Of a DNA stretch of 64,000 nucleotides, positions 37,605 to 46,592 are shown one piece after another. This DNA is from Myxococcota bacterium (lineage in GTDB: Bacteria; Myxococcota_A; UBA796; SXON01), in NCBI GenBank assembly GCA_040386535.1, contig JAZKFH010000019.1, positions 322,186-386,185 of the forward strand, written 5' to 3'. Numbering within the stretch: position 1 is the stretch's first letter; each line of letters starts with the position of its first letter. Below the pieces are notes generated by a model. The model was given only the letters and a program-made list of their open reading frames with translations. It searched no databases and was not told where the DNA came from. A program made the translations under genes and the position numbers.

Positions 37605-40250
37605 CTACGGCGCCCAGTCGCACGTCTTCGCGCCCGGCGCCGTCCACACCCCGTCCCCGTCCACGTCGACGAAGATCGGGTTGACGATCACCCGGGGCAC
37701 CTCGGCCGCGTCGTAGCCTTCGAGGCCGCGGGGCATCGCGCCCTCGCCCACCGCGATGACGACGATGTAGGCGTCTTCGGTCAGGAGGAGGGGCAGCGTC
37801 TCGTCGAGCTTCACCAGCTCGGAGGGGGCCGTGGCGGCGCGGGTGTGGGCGAGGTCGCAGTTGACCAACACGTCCACGCGCGTGACGTCGATCTCGGGGA
37901 GCGCCTCTACGTGCAGCCAGAGCTCGGCCTCGCCGTCGCTCACGCTCGCGGTCTCGCCGGGCCCGGCGCCGTCGACGGTGACCCGCGCGAAGGCGCCGGC
38001 GCTGATCTGGGCGGCGCCCGCGAGGGTGCCCTCGGCGGCGTCGTCCGCGGTGAAGGCGGTGTCGTCGGGTACGGTCACGAAGGTGCGCGGCGTTCCCGGG
38101 GTGTCCATCCCGTGCACGTCGGTCACGCCGACGCCCGTGACGCGATGCCCGAGGTTGTGGAACGCGAACCAGTCGACCAGCGCCCCGGTGTGGAGGGGGT
38201 CGGCCTCCTCGAGGTAGGGGCTGCGCAGCCCGTTGAGGACCTCGAAGCTGTCGAAGTCCCAGGACCACACCGCGGTGCCCGGCGCGAGGCCGAGGGCCTC
38301 CGGATCGTCCATCGCGGGGGGCTCGGACATGCGGTCCCACTCGAGGACGCACAGGATGCCGCACTCGCCGTTGACGCGGGCGTGGTTCATCTGGACCACG
38401 GAGGCGCCACGCGCGCGCTGGGCCGCGAAGATGTCGCCGAACGCGAGCGAGTACCACCGCACCGGATCGCCGCGCACGGTGTCCGTGACGGGGAAGGGCC
38501 ACGCGTTGGTGTGCTCGGGGATGGTGGCGGTGATCTCACTGCCGAGGCCGTAGACGAGCCAGTCGTCGAGCCCGGCCTCGGTGACGAAACCCGAGAGATC
38601 GATGATGGCCTCGTGATCGGTCGAGATGACGAGGTCGAGCCCGCTGCCCGCCGCGGTGCGCATCCGGTCGATCGGCAACACCGTGCTGTCCGCGCTCGGA
38701 CCGGAGTGCACGTGGCTGTCGAAGCTCGCCCACCCGGTGGTGTCGACGACACGGGGCAGCTCGACGGTGACCGCGGTGGTGCCGTCGTCGGGCACCGTGA
38801 ACTCCGTCGTCACCACCGAGTGTTCGTAGCCGCGGCTGACGTAGGCGGTGTAGTGGCCGGGCGGCACGGGGACGTCGGGGTCCTGGGGGGTGGGGAACGC
38901 GAAGGTGGTGTAGCCGTCGTCGCGCTCGAGCTCAATCCGCACGGGGAGGGGGCCCCCGTCGCCGTCGGTGGCGGCCACGGTGATGCCGCCGAGCGCGCCG
39001 ATGGCGAGGGTCAAATCGGTCGCGACGCTCGCGCCCACGATCAGGGCCTCGCCGTCGTCACGGCCCGCGCCGGAGGCCACCAATCGCCAGTCGCTCCCGG
39101 CGACGGTCACCGCGCGGCCGGAGAAGCGGCCCTCCGCATCGGTGACCAGCGTCGTGACCGTTCGCCACTCGTCGTCGTTGCGGACGGCCACCTCGACGCG
39201 TGCCCCGGCAACCGGGCGGCCCCCGGGGTCCGCCACTGCGCCGGACAGATCGTGCCACGTGGCCTCGAGACCGGGCGTGGGATCGTCGATGTAGGGCTCG
39301 AGCCCCGCGCCGGCGCTCGCGCCGTCCGTGGGGCCCACGGCGAGCGCGAAGGCGGCCTCGTCGCCCACTTCAAGGGGCGCCGCGACGTGGTTAACGTCGA
39401 CGAGCACGGTCACGCCCGCGATCTCGGTGCGCGCCATGGCGGCGCCGGGCATGGCGAGGGCGGTCGAGCCGGTGGGGCTCGCGTCCCCCGACCAGAGCAC
39501 GCCGGTGTCGAAGCCGATCCCGGACAGCTCGAGGCTGCCGGACGCCCACGCCGTGTTGTCCGTGTGGTCGGACGGAAAGGCGACGGCGCCCACCAGGAAG
39601 CCCTCGTTCGCCGTGCCGGCGGTCACGGGCTCGCCGCCGAGGAGCACGTCGATCTGGAGCGCGGCGTCGTCCGGGGCGAGGGTGTAGCGCACGGTGATGT
39701 CGAGGCCGTACAGCTCCCCGAGCGGCTTGCGCCCGCCGTTCTCGTAGGTGCTGCGCATCAGGGTGAGCTCGACGAGCCAGAAGCGGTCGTCGGTCCCATG
39801 CACGTCCACCACGGCCGGGCCCCCGTCGCTGCCGTCGGACACGATCTCGATACTGTCGCCGCGGATCATGTGCATGCTGCTCTGCCCGAACTCCGCGAGG
39901 TTCAGCTGGCCGACGAGCAGGCCGAGCTCGCCCAGGATCTCGGGGCCCGCCTGCTCGCACCCGTCGACCGCGACCGCGTCGATCGGCAAACCGCCGTAGT
40001 GGTAGTAGGTGCGCGGATCGTCGGGCCCCTGCACCACGAACGCGGCGCGCGCGTTCATCAAGAGGATGTCGCCCGGCGCCGCGAGCGTGTCGGGACCCCA
40101 GGGTTGTTCGCCGATCTCCCTGAGCGTGCGCGCGGTGGCGCGGCCCGCCTCGGGGCACCCCTGGGTGAAGAGGCCGTCCCCCGTGAGCGTGTCGGGTTTT
40201 GGAGGGAAGGGGTCGGGCGCGCAGCCGAGCAACAACAGCGTGACGAACAT
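37605..40250 (-). CDS. Lipoprotein PHP-family (CehA/McbA-like) metallohydrolase with carboxypeptidase-regulatory-like domains
   Basis: LLGC lipobox, DSHVHSGPSADS, STDHE, GSEIT, HTNAWP, QMNHAR, FEVLNG, GVTDVH. Confidence 0.85.
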   Translation of the reverse strand: MFVTLLLLGCAPDPFPPKPDTLTGDGLFTQGCPEAGRATARTLREIGEQPWGPDTLAAPGDILLMNARAAFVVQGPDDPRTYYHYGGLPIDAVAVDGCEQAGPEILGELGLLVGQLNLAEFGQSSMHMIRGDSIEIVSDGSDGGPAVVDVHGTDDRFWLVELTLMRSTYENGGRKPLGELYGLDITVRYTLAPDDAALQIDVLLGGEPVTAGTANEGFLVGAVAFPSDHTDNTAWASGSLELSGIGFDTGVLWSGDASPTGSTALAMPGAAMARTEIAGVTVLVDVNHVAAPLEVGDEAAFALAVGPTDGASAGAGLEPYIDDPTPGLEATWHDLSGAVADPGGRPVAGARVEVAVRNDDEWRTVTTLVTDAEGRFSGRAVTVAGSDWRLVASGAGRDDGEALIVGASVATDLTLAIGALGGITVAATDGDGGPLPVRIELERDDGYTTFAFPTPQDPDVPVPPGHYTAYVSRGYEHSVVTTEFTVPDDGTTAVTVELPRVVDTTGWASFDSHVHSGPSADSTVLPIDRMRTAAGSGLDLVISTDHEAIIDLSGFVTEAGLDDWLVYGLGSEITATIPEHTNAWPFPVTDTVRGDPVRWYSLAFGDIFAAQRARGASVVQMNHARVNGECGILCVLEWDRMSEPPAMDDPEALGLAPGTAVWSWDFDSFEVLNGLRSPYLEEADPLHTGALVDWFAFHNLGHRVTGVGVTDVHGMDTPGTPRTFVTVPDDTAFTADDAAEGTLAGAAQISAGAFARVTVDGAGPGETASVSDGEAELWLHVEALPEIDVTRVDVLVNCDLAHTRAATAPSELVKLDETLPLLLTEDAYIVVIAVGEGAMPRGLEGYDAAEVPRVIVNPIFVDVDGDGVWTAPGAKTCDWAP

Positions 40251-40256
40251 GCGGCG

Positions 40257-40262
40257 ATTCTA
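40257..40262 (-). promoter_or_regulatory. Putative -10 element of a leaderless transcript
   Basis: TAGAAT on the minus strand, 6 nt before the ATG at 40250. Confidence 0.5.
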
Positions 40263-40293
40263 CCGCGGTCGCGCTCCGGCTCGGAGGGATGGC

Positions 40294-40755
40294 CTACGCC
40301 TTCGGATGCGTGAACACCTTCTTCTCCGCCTGGTGCCGCTCCTGCGCGCGGGGGCCGGGCACGGCCGCGCCCACCTTGACGCCGCGCCGGACAGCCCAGG
40401 CGAGCGCGGCGCTCTTGACCCGCGGCGCGAGCCAGCGCCGGAACTGCGGGATGAAGAGCACGATGCCGGTCACGTCGGTCAGCACGCCCGGGGTGATGAG
40501 CAGCACGCTCCCGACGAGCACCAGGGCGCCCTCGACCAACTTGTCGGCCGGCGCCGCCTGCTCGCGGAGCGAGGCGAACAGCTCGCGGAGCACCGCGACG
40601 CCCGCGCGTTTGCCCAGCCAGGCCCCGAGCACGCCGATCGCGACGACGTAGAGCATCGTCTCGAAGCCGCCGACCCGTTGGCCGATTTCGATGAGCATCC
40701 AGAGCTCGGCGGCCGGGACGACGGTGAAGAGCAGGAACAAGATGAGGAAGGTCAT
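40294..40755 (-). CDS. fxsA: FxsA family membrane protein
   Basis: VPAAELWMLIEIG, GAWLGKRAG, LLITPGVLTDVTG. Confidence 0.92.
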   Translation of the reverse strand: MTFLILFLLFTVVPAAELWMLIEIGQRVGGFETMLYVVAIGVLGAWLGKRAGVAVLRELFASLREQAAPADKLVEGALVLVGSVLLITPGVLTDVTGIVLFIPQFRRWLAPRVKSAALAWAVRRGVKVGAAVPGPRAQERHQAEKKVFTHPKA

Positions 40756-41540
40756 GCCCGTTTCGCCTCCTGCCACCAGGCTTCGAGCCGGTCGAGCCCG
40801 GCCTCCTCCATCGCGACCCCGGCGGCGGCGGCCGAGGCCTCGACCTTGCGGAAGCGCCCCTCGAAGCGCGCGTTGGCTTCGCGTAGCGCGTCCTCGCCCG
40901 CGATGCCGAGGAAGCGGCCCAGGCTCGCGGTTGCGAGCAACACGTCGCCGTACTCGTGGCGGATCGCGTCGGCGTCCCCGCTCGCGATGGCCTCGAGCAG
41001 CTCGGCGCGTTCCTCGTCGATCTTCGCCAGCACGCCCGTCAGGTCGGGCCAGTCGAACCCGACGTGCGCCACCTTCTCGCCCACGCGATGCGCGCGGAGG
41101 AGCGCGGGGAGCGAGGCGGGCACGCCGTCCACGCGCGATCCGGACTTGCGACGTGCGGCCTTGCGCGCCTCCCAGGCGCCGATGGTGCCGGCCAGGGACG
41201 TGTCCCTGCCACCGTCCGCACCGCCGTACACGTGCGGGTGCCGCTCGATCATCTTGGTGACGATGCCCTCGGCCACAGCCTCGATGTCGAACGCGCCCTG
41301 CTCCTCGGCCAGCCGAGCGAGGAAGTAGACCTGGAACAACAGGTCCCCGAGCTCCTCGCGCAGGCGCGCCAGCTGGTCCGGCGTCTGGCCGCCGTTCGTC
41401 GCGAGGTCGAGCGCGTCGAGCACCTCGTGCGCCTCTTCGAGCAGGTAGGGGCGCATCGAGCGGAGGTCCTGCGCGCGGTCCCACGGGCACTCTGCGCGGA
41501 GCGTCGCGACGACCTTACGGAGCTCTTCTACAGACGACAC
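40752..41540 (-). CDS. mazG: Nucleoside triphosphate pyrophosphohydrolase, two-domain
   Basis: LRAECPWDRAQ, LLEEAHE, EELGDLLFQV, KMIERHPHVY, GFDWPD, HEYGDVL. Confidence 0.95.
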   Translation of the reverse strand: MSSVEELRKVVATLRAECPWDRAQDLRSMRPYLLEEAHEVLDALDLATNGGQTPDQLARLREELGDLLFQVYFLARLAEEQGAFDIEAVAEGIVTKMIERHPHVYGGADGGRDTSLAGTIGAWEARKAARRKSGSRVDGVPASLPALLRAHRVGEKVAHVGFDWPDLTGVLAKIDEERAELLEAIASGDADAIRHEYGDVLLATASLGRFLGIAGEDALREANARFEGRFRKVEASAAAAGVAMEEAGLDRLEAWWQEAKRA

Positions 41541-41588
41541 GGGCCCCCTCGAGATAGACAACACCGCTAACCGGCTTGCGGAGCGCAC

Positions 41589-43073
41589 TTGACCCCATCG
41601 ACTCCGGCCACCCCCGAGATCTTCGGCAACTACCACCTCCTCGAGAAGATCGCGACCGGCGGCATGGCCGAGGTGTACCGGGCCCGCTCGCACGGCGCGA
41701 TGGGGTTCGAGAAGATCCTCGTCATCAAGCGCATCCTCGACACGCTGGCGAAGGACGAGGAGTTCAAGGAGCTCTTCAAGGTCGAAGCGCGCATCGCGGC
41801 CCTGCTCTCGCACGTGAACATCGTGCAGGTGTTCGAGCTCGGGCAGCAGGAAGAGAGCCTGTACATCGCGATGGAGTACGTGCACGGCATCGATCTCGCG
41901 CGCCTCGTGAGCCGGGCGCGCGCGGTGGGCGAGTTCCCCGTGTCGCTCGCGTTGTTCACCTGCGGCGAGGTGCTCAAGGCCCTGCAGTTCGCGCACCACT
42001 ACACCGATGGGGACGGGCGCCCGCTCCACATCGTGCACTGTGACATCTCGCCCCAGAACATCCTCATCAGCTTCTCGGGTGAGGTGAAGATCACCGACTT
42101 CGGCATCAGCCGCGCCGCCATTCAGAAGGGCAACCAGGACGTCATCCGCGGCAAGTACGCGTACATGAGCCCCGAGCAGGTCGAGGGCAAGGCGCTCGAC
42201 GGGCGGAGCGACCTGTTCTCCCTCGGCATCGTGCTCTACGAGCTGCTGACCGGGCGGCGCCTCTTCAAGTCGAAGAGCCGCGACGAGACGCTCGCGCGCG
42301 TCCGCCGGGCCGAGGTGCCGAGCCCCCGCGCCTATCGCCCCGAGATCAGCGAGGATCTCGAAGCCTTCCTGCTCCGCACCCTCTCCCGGCACCGCGAGGA
42401 CCGCTACGTCGACGCCGCCGAGATGATGGACGCGTTGTCCGCCCTCATCGTGCGGGAGGGCCACCGCGCCACCAACAACGACCTGTCGACCTACCTGCGG
42501 GAGGTCATCGAGGCCGCCAACGCGTCGGCGGAGCCCGCCGAGGCCGCCGCGCGCCCCCGCGCTGCCCGCACAGTGGCGCCCTCACCCGTCGTGGTGCTCG
42601 CGATGGAGGCCTCCCCGCCGCCGCGCAGCATCGCCACCCCGCGCGCGAGCCTGGCCGGGCTCTCCCAGGAGTGGGCTGGGATCATCAGCGAGGGTGGCGG
42701 CGAGATCTGGGAGCGGGGAGATGGCTCGCTCCTCATCTGTTGGACCGTCACCTCGGGGTTTCGTGACACGGTGAGCAAGGCCGTCCGGACGAGCATCGCC
42801 TTGCAGAAGGCCACGGCCGCCGCCGGCTATCGTCTGTCCGTGGGCGTCGCGCCGGGCGTCGCGCGGGTGCTGCCCGAGACCCGCCGCCCCGCCGAAGGTT
42901 GGGAGCTGGCCGGGCCGTTCTACCTCGCGCGCTGGATGATGAACCTCTCCGCGCACCGCGGCCGCGTGCTGCTCACCGAGGTCGGCGCGCGGCAGGTGGA
43001 GGAGGGGACCACGCTGTTGGGGCGGATCCCGATCCAGGGGAATAAATATATCAACCTGTACGAGGTCGGCTGA
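41589..43073 (+). CDS. Hanks-type Ser/Thr kinase with a C-terminal degenerate class III nucleotide-cyclase-like domain
   Basis: IATGGMAEVY, VIKRI, HCDISPQN, DFG, GKYAYMSPEQ, SDLFSLG; C-terminal region resembles the cyclase fold; no TM. Confidence 0.88.
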   Translation: MTPSTPATPEIFGNYHLLEKIATGGMAEVYRARSHGAMGFEKILVIKRILDTLAKDEEFKELFKVEARIAALLSHVNIVQVFELGQQEESLYIAMEYVHGIDLARLVSRARAVGEFPVSLALFTCGEVLKALQFAHHYTDGDGRPLHIVHCDISPQNILISFSGEVKITDFGISRAAIQKGNQDVIRGKYAYMSPEQVEGKALDGRSDLFSLGIVLYELLTGRRLFKSKSRDETLARVRRAEVPSPRAYRPEISEDLEAFLLRTLSRHREDRYVDAAEMMDALSALIVREGHRATNNDLSTYLREVIEAANASAEPAEAAARPRAARTVAPSPVVVLAMEASPPPRSIATPRASLAGLSQEWAGIISEGGGEIWERGDGSLLICWTVTSGFRDTVSKAVRTSIALQKATAAAGYRLSVGVAPGVARVLPETRRPAEGWELAGPFYLARWMMNLSAHRGRVLLTEVGARQVEEGTTLLGRIPIQGNKYINLYEVG

Positions 43074-43088
43074 TCCCGTAGCTCCCTG

Positions 43089-44105
43089 TCACCCGACCGA
43101 GAGTGCGCCTTCCACCAGCTCTACACAGAGCCGATCCAGGCCCTCGCGGTCGGGCTCGCGGGGGAGGGGAGACTTGCCCGAGCGGTAGAGCCCCTCGAGC
43201 TCGGCCTCCACGCCGTCCGCCCAACTGATGAGGCGATCGTAGTCCCAGCCGCCGCCGCGGATCTCGAGGAGCTCGGCGGCATCGATGTCGCCGCGCCACA
43301 CGTGCACCTCGCCCGTGGTCAGGATCTCCCTTCCCATGCGCAACAGGCGCACGAGGTGGGCGCCGTGTTTGGTGTCGTACCCATGGCGCTCCTCCAGGGC
43401 CGCGCGCGCGGGGTTGCGCGTAGCCTTCCAATGTTGGTACTGCTCCCAGTGGGCGCGTGCCGAACGGTAGAACTTCTCGCGTTGGAGCAGCTCCAGAGCC
43501 CCCGTGGAGAGGCCCAGCTCCTCGGCGGTGAGGCCCCGCTCCATCAGGGTGTCGAGGGCGCCGAGCTGGTCGCGGGGGAGCACGCCGCCGCCCTCGGGGA
43601 GGCCGTGGGCCGTGCGCGTCGGCTCCTCCTTGGGCGGGTGGAGCAGCCACTCGCGGTGGGTGCGGATCCGCTTGAGTTGGGCGTGGGCGTATCCGGCGAA
43701 GGTGTACCGGCACTTCTGCGAGAGGAACGACGCCCGCGCGCCGCGGAGGCGCTCGCCGAGCGGGGTGGCGAGGCGCACTTCGGCGTCGCGGCAGAACAAC
43801 ACATCGAGGATGTTGGGGTTGGCCTCGGCGGCGAGGCCCATGAACTTGCGCAGCTCGTAGACGACGCCCTCGAGCTTCGACGTCGCGACGGCGGCGCGCT
43901 CCTCGTCGGAGAGGAGCGGCGCGAAGGCCGCGAGGTGCTCGGCCTTGTCGGCCTGCTCGAAGCGGTGCAGGAAGCCGTGCAGGTACCGCGCGGGCGGGAC
44001 GGCCACGCCCTTGACGTCGACATCGCTCGCGGCCGTGTGGATGCCATAGGCGCGGGAGCCGCCGGTGGTGAGGAGCAGGGTGTGGCGCGGCAGATCGAAG
44101 TTCAT
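43089..44105 (-). CDS. DNA pol-beta superfamily nucleotidyltransferase (RlaP/YcgL-like)
   Basis: GSRAYG...SDVDVKGV, YELRKF..L...ANPNILDVL, FAGYA..QL, YDTKHGAHLVRLLRMG, LLEIRGG. Confidence 0.88.
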   Translation of the reverse strand: MNFDLPRHTLLLTTGGSRAYGIHTAASDVDVKGVAVPPARYLHGFLHRFEQADKAEHLAAFAPLLSDEERAAVATSKLEGVVYELRKFMGLAAEANPNILDVLFCRDAEVRLATPLGERLRGARASFLSQKCRYTFAGYAHAQLKRIRTHREWLLHPPKEEPTRTAHGLPEGGGVLPRDQLGALDTLMERGLTAEELGLSTGALELLQREKFYRSARAHWEQYQHWKATRNPARAALEERHGYDTKHGAHLVRLLRMGREILTTGEVHVWRGDIDAAELLEIRGGGWDYDRLISWADGVEAELEGLYRSGKSPLPREPDREGLDRLCVELVEGALSVG

Positions 44106-44166
44106 GGGGACTCCCGGCGGGGGCACGTTAACGTCGGAAGCGAACCTCTCGAACGCCGGAGCCCTG

Positions 44167-44529
44167 ATGTCCATCCTGTTCCTCCTCCTCGCATGCACTG
44201 GCGGCACGGACAAGGACACCGCGCTTGAGGTGGCGTCGACCATCACGTTCCTCGACCCTATCGACGGGGACACCGTGCCCGTCGGCGACGTGGCGGTGTC
44301 CGTCATCGTGGAGGGCTTCGCGCTGGAGGCCCCCGCGAAGCACAACGAAGGCGAGCCCGAGGGCTACATCACCGTCACGGTCGACGGCGCGGAGGCCCTC
44401 ACCACCGCGGCGACCCAGTTCACGGTCACCCTCGCCGCGGCCGGCAGCCACACGATCGGCGCGGCGCTCACCTACGCGGACGGCGACGCGATCGGCGTCT
44501 CCGACGAGATCACCATCACCGCCGAGTAG
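44167..44529 (+). CDS. Small hypothetical lipoprotein (Ig-like, DUF4399-like)
   Basis: MSILFLLLAC; ITFLDP.DG.TV, GYI.V.VDG, GSHTI.A.L. Confidence 0.65.
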   Translation: MSILFLLLACTGGTDKDTALEVASTITFLDPIDGDTVPVGDVAVSVIVEGFALEAPAKHNEGEPEGYITVTVDGAEALTTAATQFTVTLAAAGSHTIGAALTYADGDAIGVSDEITITAE

Positions 44530-45930
44530 TCAGGGCACGGGGACCACGTACGCCGCCCCGCCGATGGGGGCCGCGTCGCGGTTGTAGGGCGCGCCGATGA
44601 GCAGGCCCGGTGTGCCGGCGCCGTCGAGGTCCGCGAGGCCGACCAGGGCCGTGCCCGCGACATCGCCGGCGCCCTCGCCTGCCCAGAGCGCGTCCGCCTC
44701 GGCGAAGGTGTGTGTGCCGCCGCCGGGCGCGCGGAAGACGGCGACCAGGCCCGAGTCGATGGAGCTGGTGTCGACCCCGATGCCGTCGGCCGAGGGCGCG
44801 CCGATCGCCACGTTGTCGCCGTCCGCGCCCGGCACGAACGCGACGGCGTAGCCAGCCTGGTCGCCAGCCACCGCGCCGACGAAGCTCGTGGCGGATGCCA
44901 GCGCGCCTGCGCGCCAGAGGTACACACGCCCCGCCCCATCCGCGTCCGCCCCCACGAGCAGCTCGCCGTGCCCGTCCCCGTCGGTGTCCCCCCCGCACGC
45001 CACCGCGCCGCCCAGGTACGCGCCCGCGGTGGTCCCGAGCAGGAGCGTTCCAGCGTCCGTGAAGCCCCACGTCCCGTCCGCGATCGGCCCGGCGAACACC
45101 GCCACTGCGCCCGCGTTCTCGGCCCCACCGTCCCATCCCGGCGCGGCGATCACCACGTCTCCGATCCCGTCCCCATCGAGGTCGCCGGCGCGACACACCG
45201 CGTTCCCCACGCCGTCGCCGGTCACGTTCTCGGCATGTTTGGCCGGGCTCTCGGTGGGGGCGCCACTGCCCACGAACACGGCCAGCGTGGCATGAACCAA
45301 CGTCGCCGCGGGCAGCATCGGTGACACGAGAAAGACCGCGCCCTCGTCCCGCGCGCCGGCGTCGCTCTTGGGCGCGCCGAGGAGCACCTCTTCCACGCCG
45401 TCGCCGTCCTGGTCGCCCGCGAACGCGACGGCGGTGCCGAGCGCGTCGCCCGCAGAGAGGCCGACCCAGGACGTGTCGGTGTCGGCCACGGACGGTGTCC
45501 CGGCGGAGAGCGGCCCATCGAGGAGCCACACGGCCCCGGCGGAGTCACCGCCCCCGTCGAAGGCGGGCCCGCCCACGAGGAGCTCGTCGGCGCCGTCCCC
45601 GTCGAGGTCCACCCCCGACGCGATGGCGTAGCCCGCGAAGTCGTAGTCCTCAGCCTGCCCGAGGCACGTGGGCGCATCGCGCAGCTGGTGCTCACCGGCC
45701 GTCACCGGCCCCGGCCACACGCAGGTCACCCGCCCGCCGAGGCCCGCCACCACGAGATCCTCGGCCCCGTCCCCATCCAGGTCCCCGACGGTGACGGCGC
45801 TCCCCGCGAGGTCTCCGGCGTCACCCCGAATGGTCACGGTGGCGTCGGTGAGCACGGTGGGCGCTTGCTCGTCGGGGTCGGGCGTCGGGTCGGGGCCGGG
45901 GCAGGCGACCAGGAGCAGGAGGGCGATCAC
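44530..45930 (-). CDS. FG-GAP/integrin-alpha repeat lipoprotein
   Basis: LLVAC lipobox; repeated GDLDGDG..DLVV / GAP...AGAV blades. Confidence 0.88.
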   Translation of the reverse strand: MIALLLLVACPGPDPTPDPDEQAPTVLTDATVTIRGDAGDLAGSAVTVGDLDGDGAEDLVVAGLGGRVTCVWPGPVTAGEHQLRDAPTCLGQAEDYDFAGYAIASGVDLDGDGADELLVGGPAFDGGGDSAGAVWLLDGPLSAGTPSVADTDTSWVGLSAGDALGTAVAFAGDQDGDGVEEVLLGAPKSDAGARDEGAVFLVSPMLPAATLVHATLAVFVGSGAPTESPAKHAENVTGDGVGNAVCRAGDLDGDGIGDVVIAAPGWDGGAENAGAVAVFAGPIADGTWGFTDAGTLLLGTTAGAYLGGAVACGGDTDGDGHGELLVGADADGAGRVYLWRAGALASATSFVGAVAGDQAGYAVAFVPGADGDNVAIGAPSADGIGVDTSSIDSGLVAVFRAPGGGTHTFAEADALWAGEGAGDVAGTALVGLADLDGAGTPGLLIGAPYNRDAAPIGGAAYVVPVP

Positions 45931-46592
45931 GGAGCGCCGAGGGCTTCGAGCATGGAGACCCAGCCATTGAAGCGCGGGCAGGCGGCGCGGAGCTTTGGGA
46001 GGCCGGTTGCTTCCATCACTGCGGGGCCATGGAGAACCTTTTGGTAGCCGGGGACGAACCGGATCAGGCGCTTGGAGGGCGCGGTTTCGTCGCCACAGTT
46101 GACGTCCTCGGGGGCCATGTCCCCGATGTCGGCGCGCAGTGCGTCCACGCCGTCATCGGGCTCGACGAGGGCGGCCAAGGAGTCGAGGTTGACGAGCACG
46201 AGCGCTTCCATCTCGTGACGTTGGATGTAGGGGATGAAACGACGGTCCTCCACTGCGGCAGCCATGGCGTGTTCGAGCGCCCCGACGCGGGCGACGGTGT
46301 TCGTCTGCTTCCGTGCTTCGCCCAAGCCAGGGAAGTTGCCGGGGAGACCGTAGAGGTCGAACAGGGTGGTGACCCTCACTCCTTCGCCGGGGTTCTCCCC
46401 GAGGAGGATGTCGAGGTGACGCTTCCATTTCAGCCAGTCCCCTCCGCCTTTCTGCCTTTTTCCGCCCGGCGCCTTGCTTGTCATGACGATGATGGGGACC
46501 GCCCACACGTGAACGTGCGCGAGGTGAGGCGCGAGAATCGTCTTTACGAATCCCTCCTCCGTCTGCCCTTCGACGAGGATGTGGAGCCGCAT
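45927..46592 (-). CDS. DUF4276 family protein (TOPRIM-like)
   Basis: ILVEGQTE..F, TTLFDLYGLP..FPG, PYIQRHEMEAL, PEDVN...APSKRL, YQKVLHG, CPRFNGW. Confidence 0.88.
   Translation of the reverse strand: MRLHILVEGQTEEGFVKTILAPHLAHVHVWAVPIIVMTSKAPGGKRQKGGGDWLKWKRHLDILLGENPGEGVRVTTLFDLYGLPGNFPGLGEARKQTNTVARVGALEHAMAAAVEDRRFIPYIQRHEMEALVLVNLDSLAALVEPDDGVDALRADIGDMAPEDVNCGDETAPSKRLIRFVPGYQKVLHGPAVMEATGLPKLRAACPRFNGWVSMLEALGAP

Noticed and set aside
40752..41540. MazG as a phage-type or abortive-infection effector
   Set aside because: It is the standard tandem-domain housekeeping form
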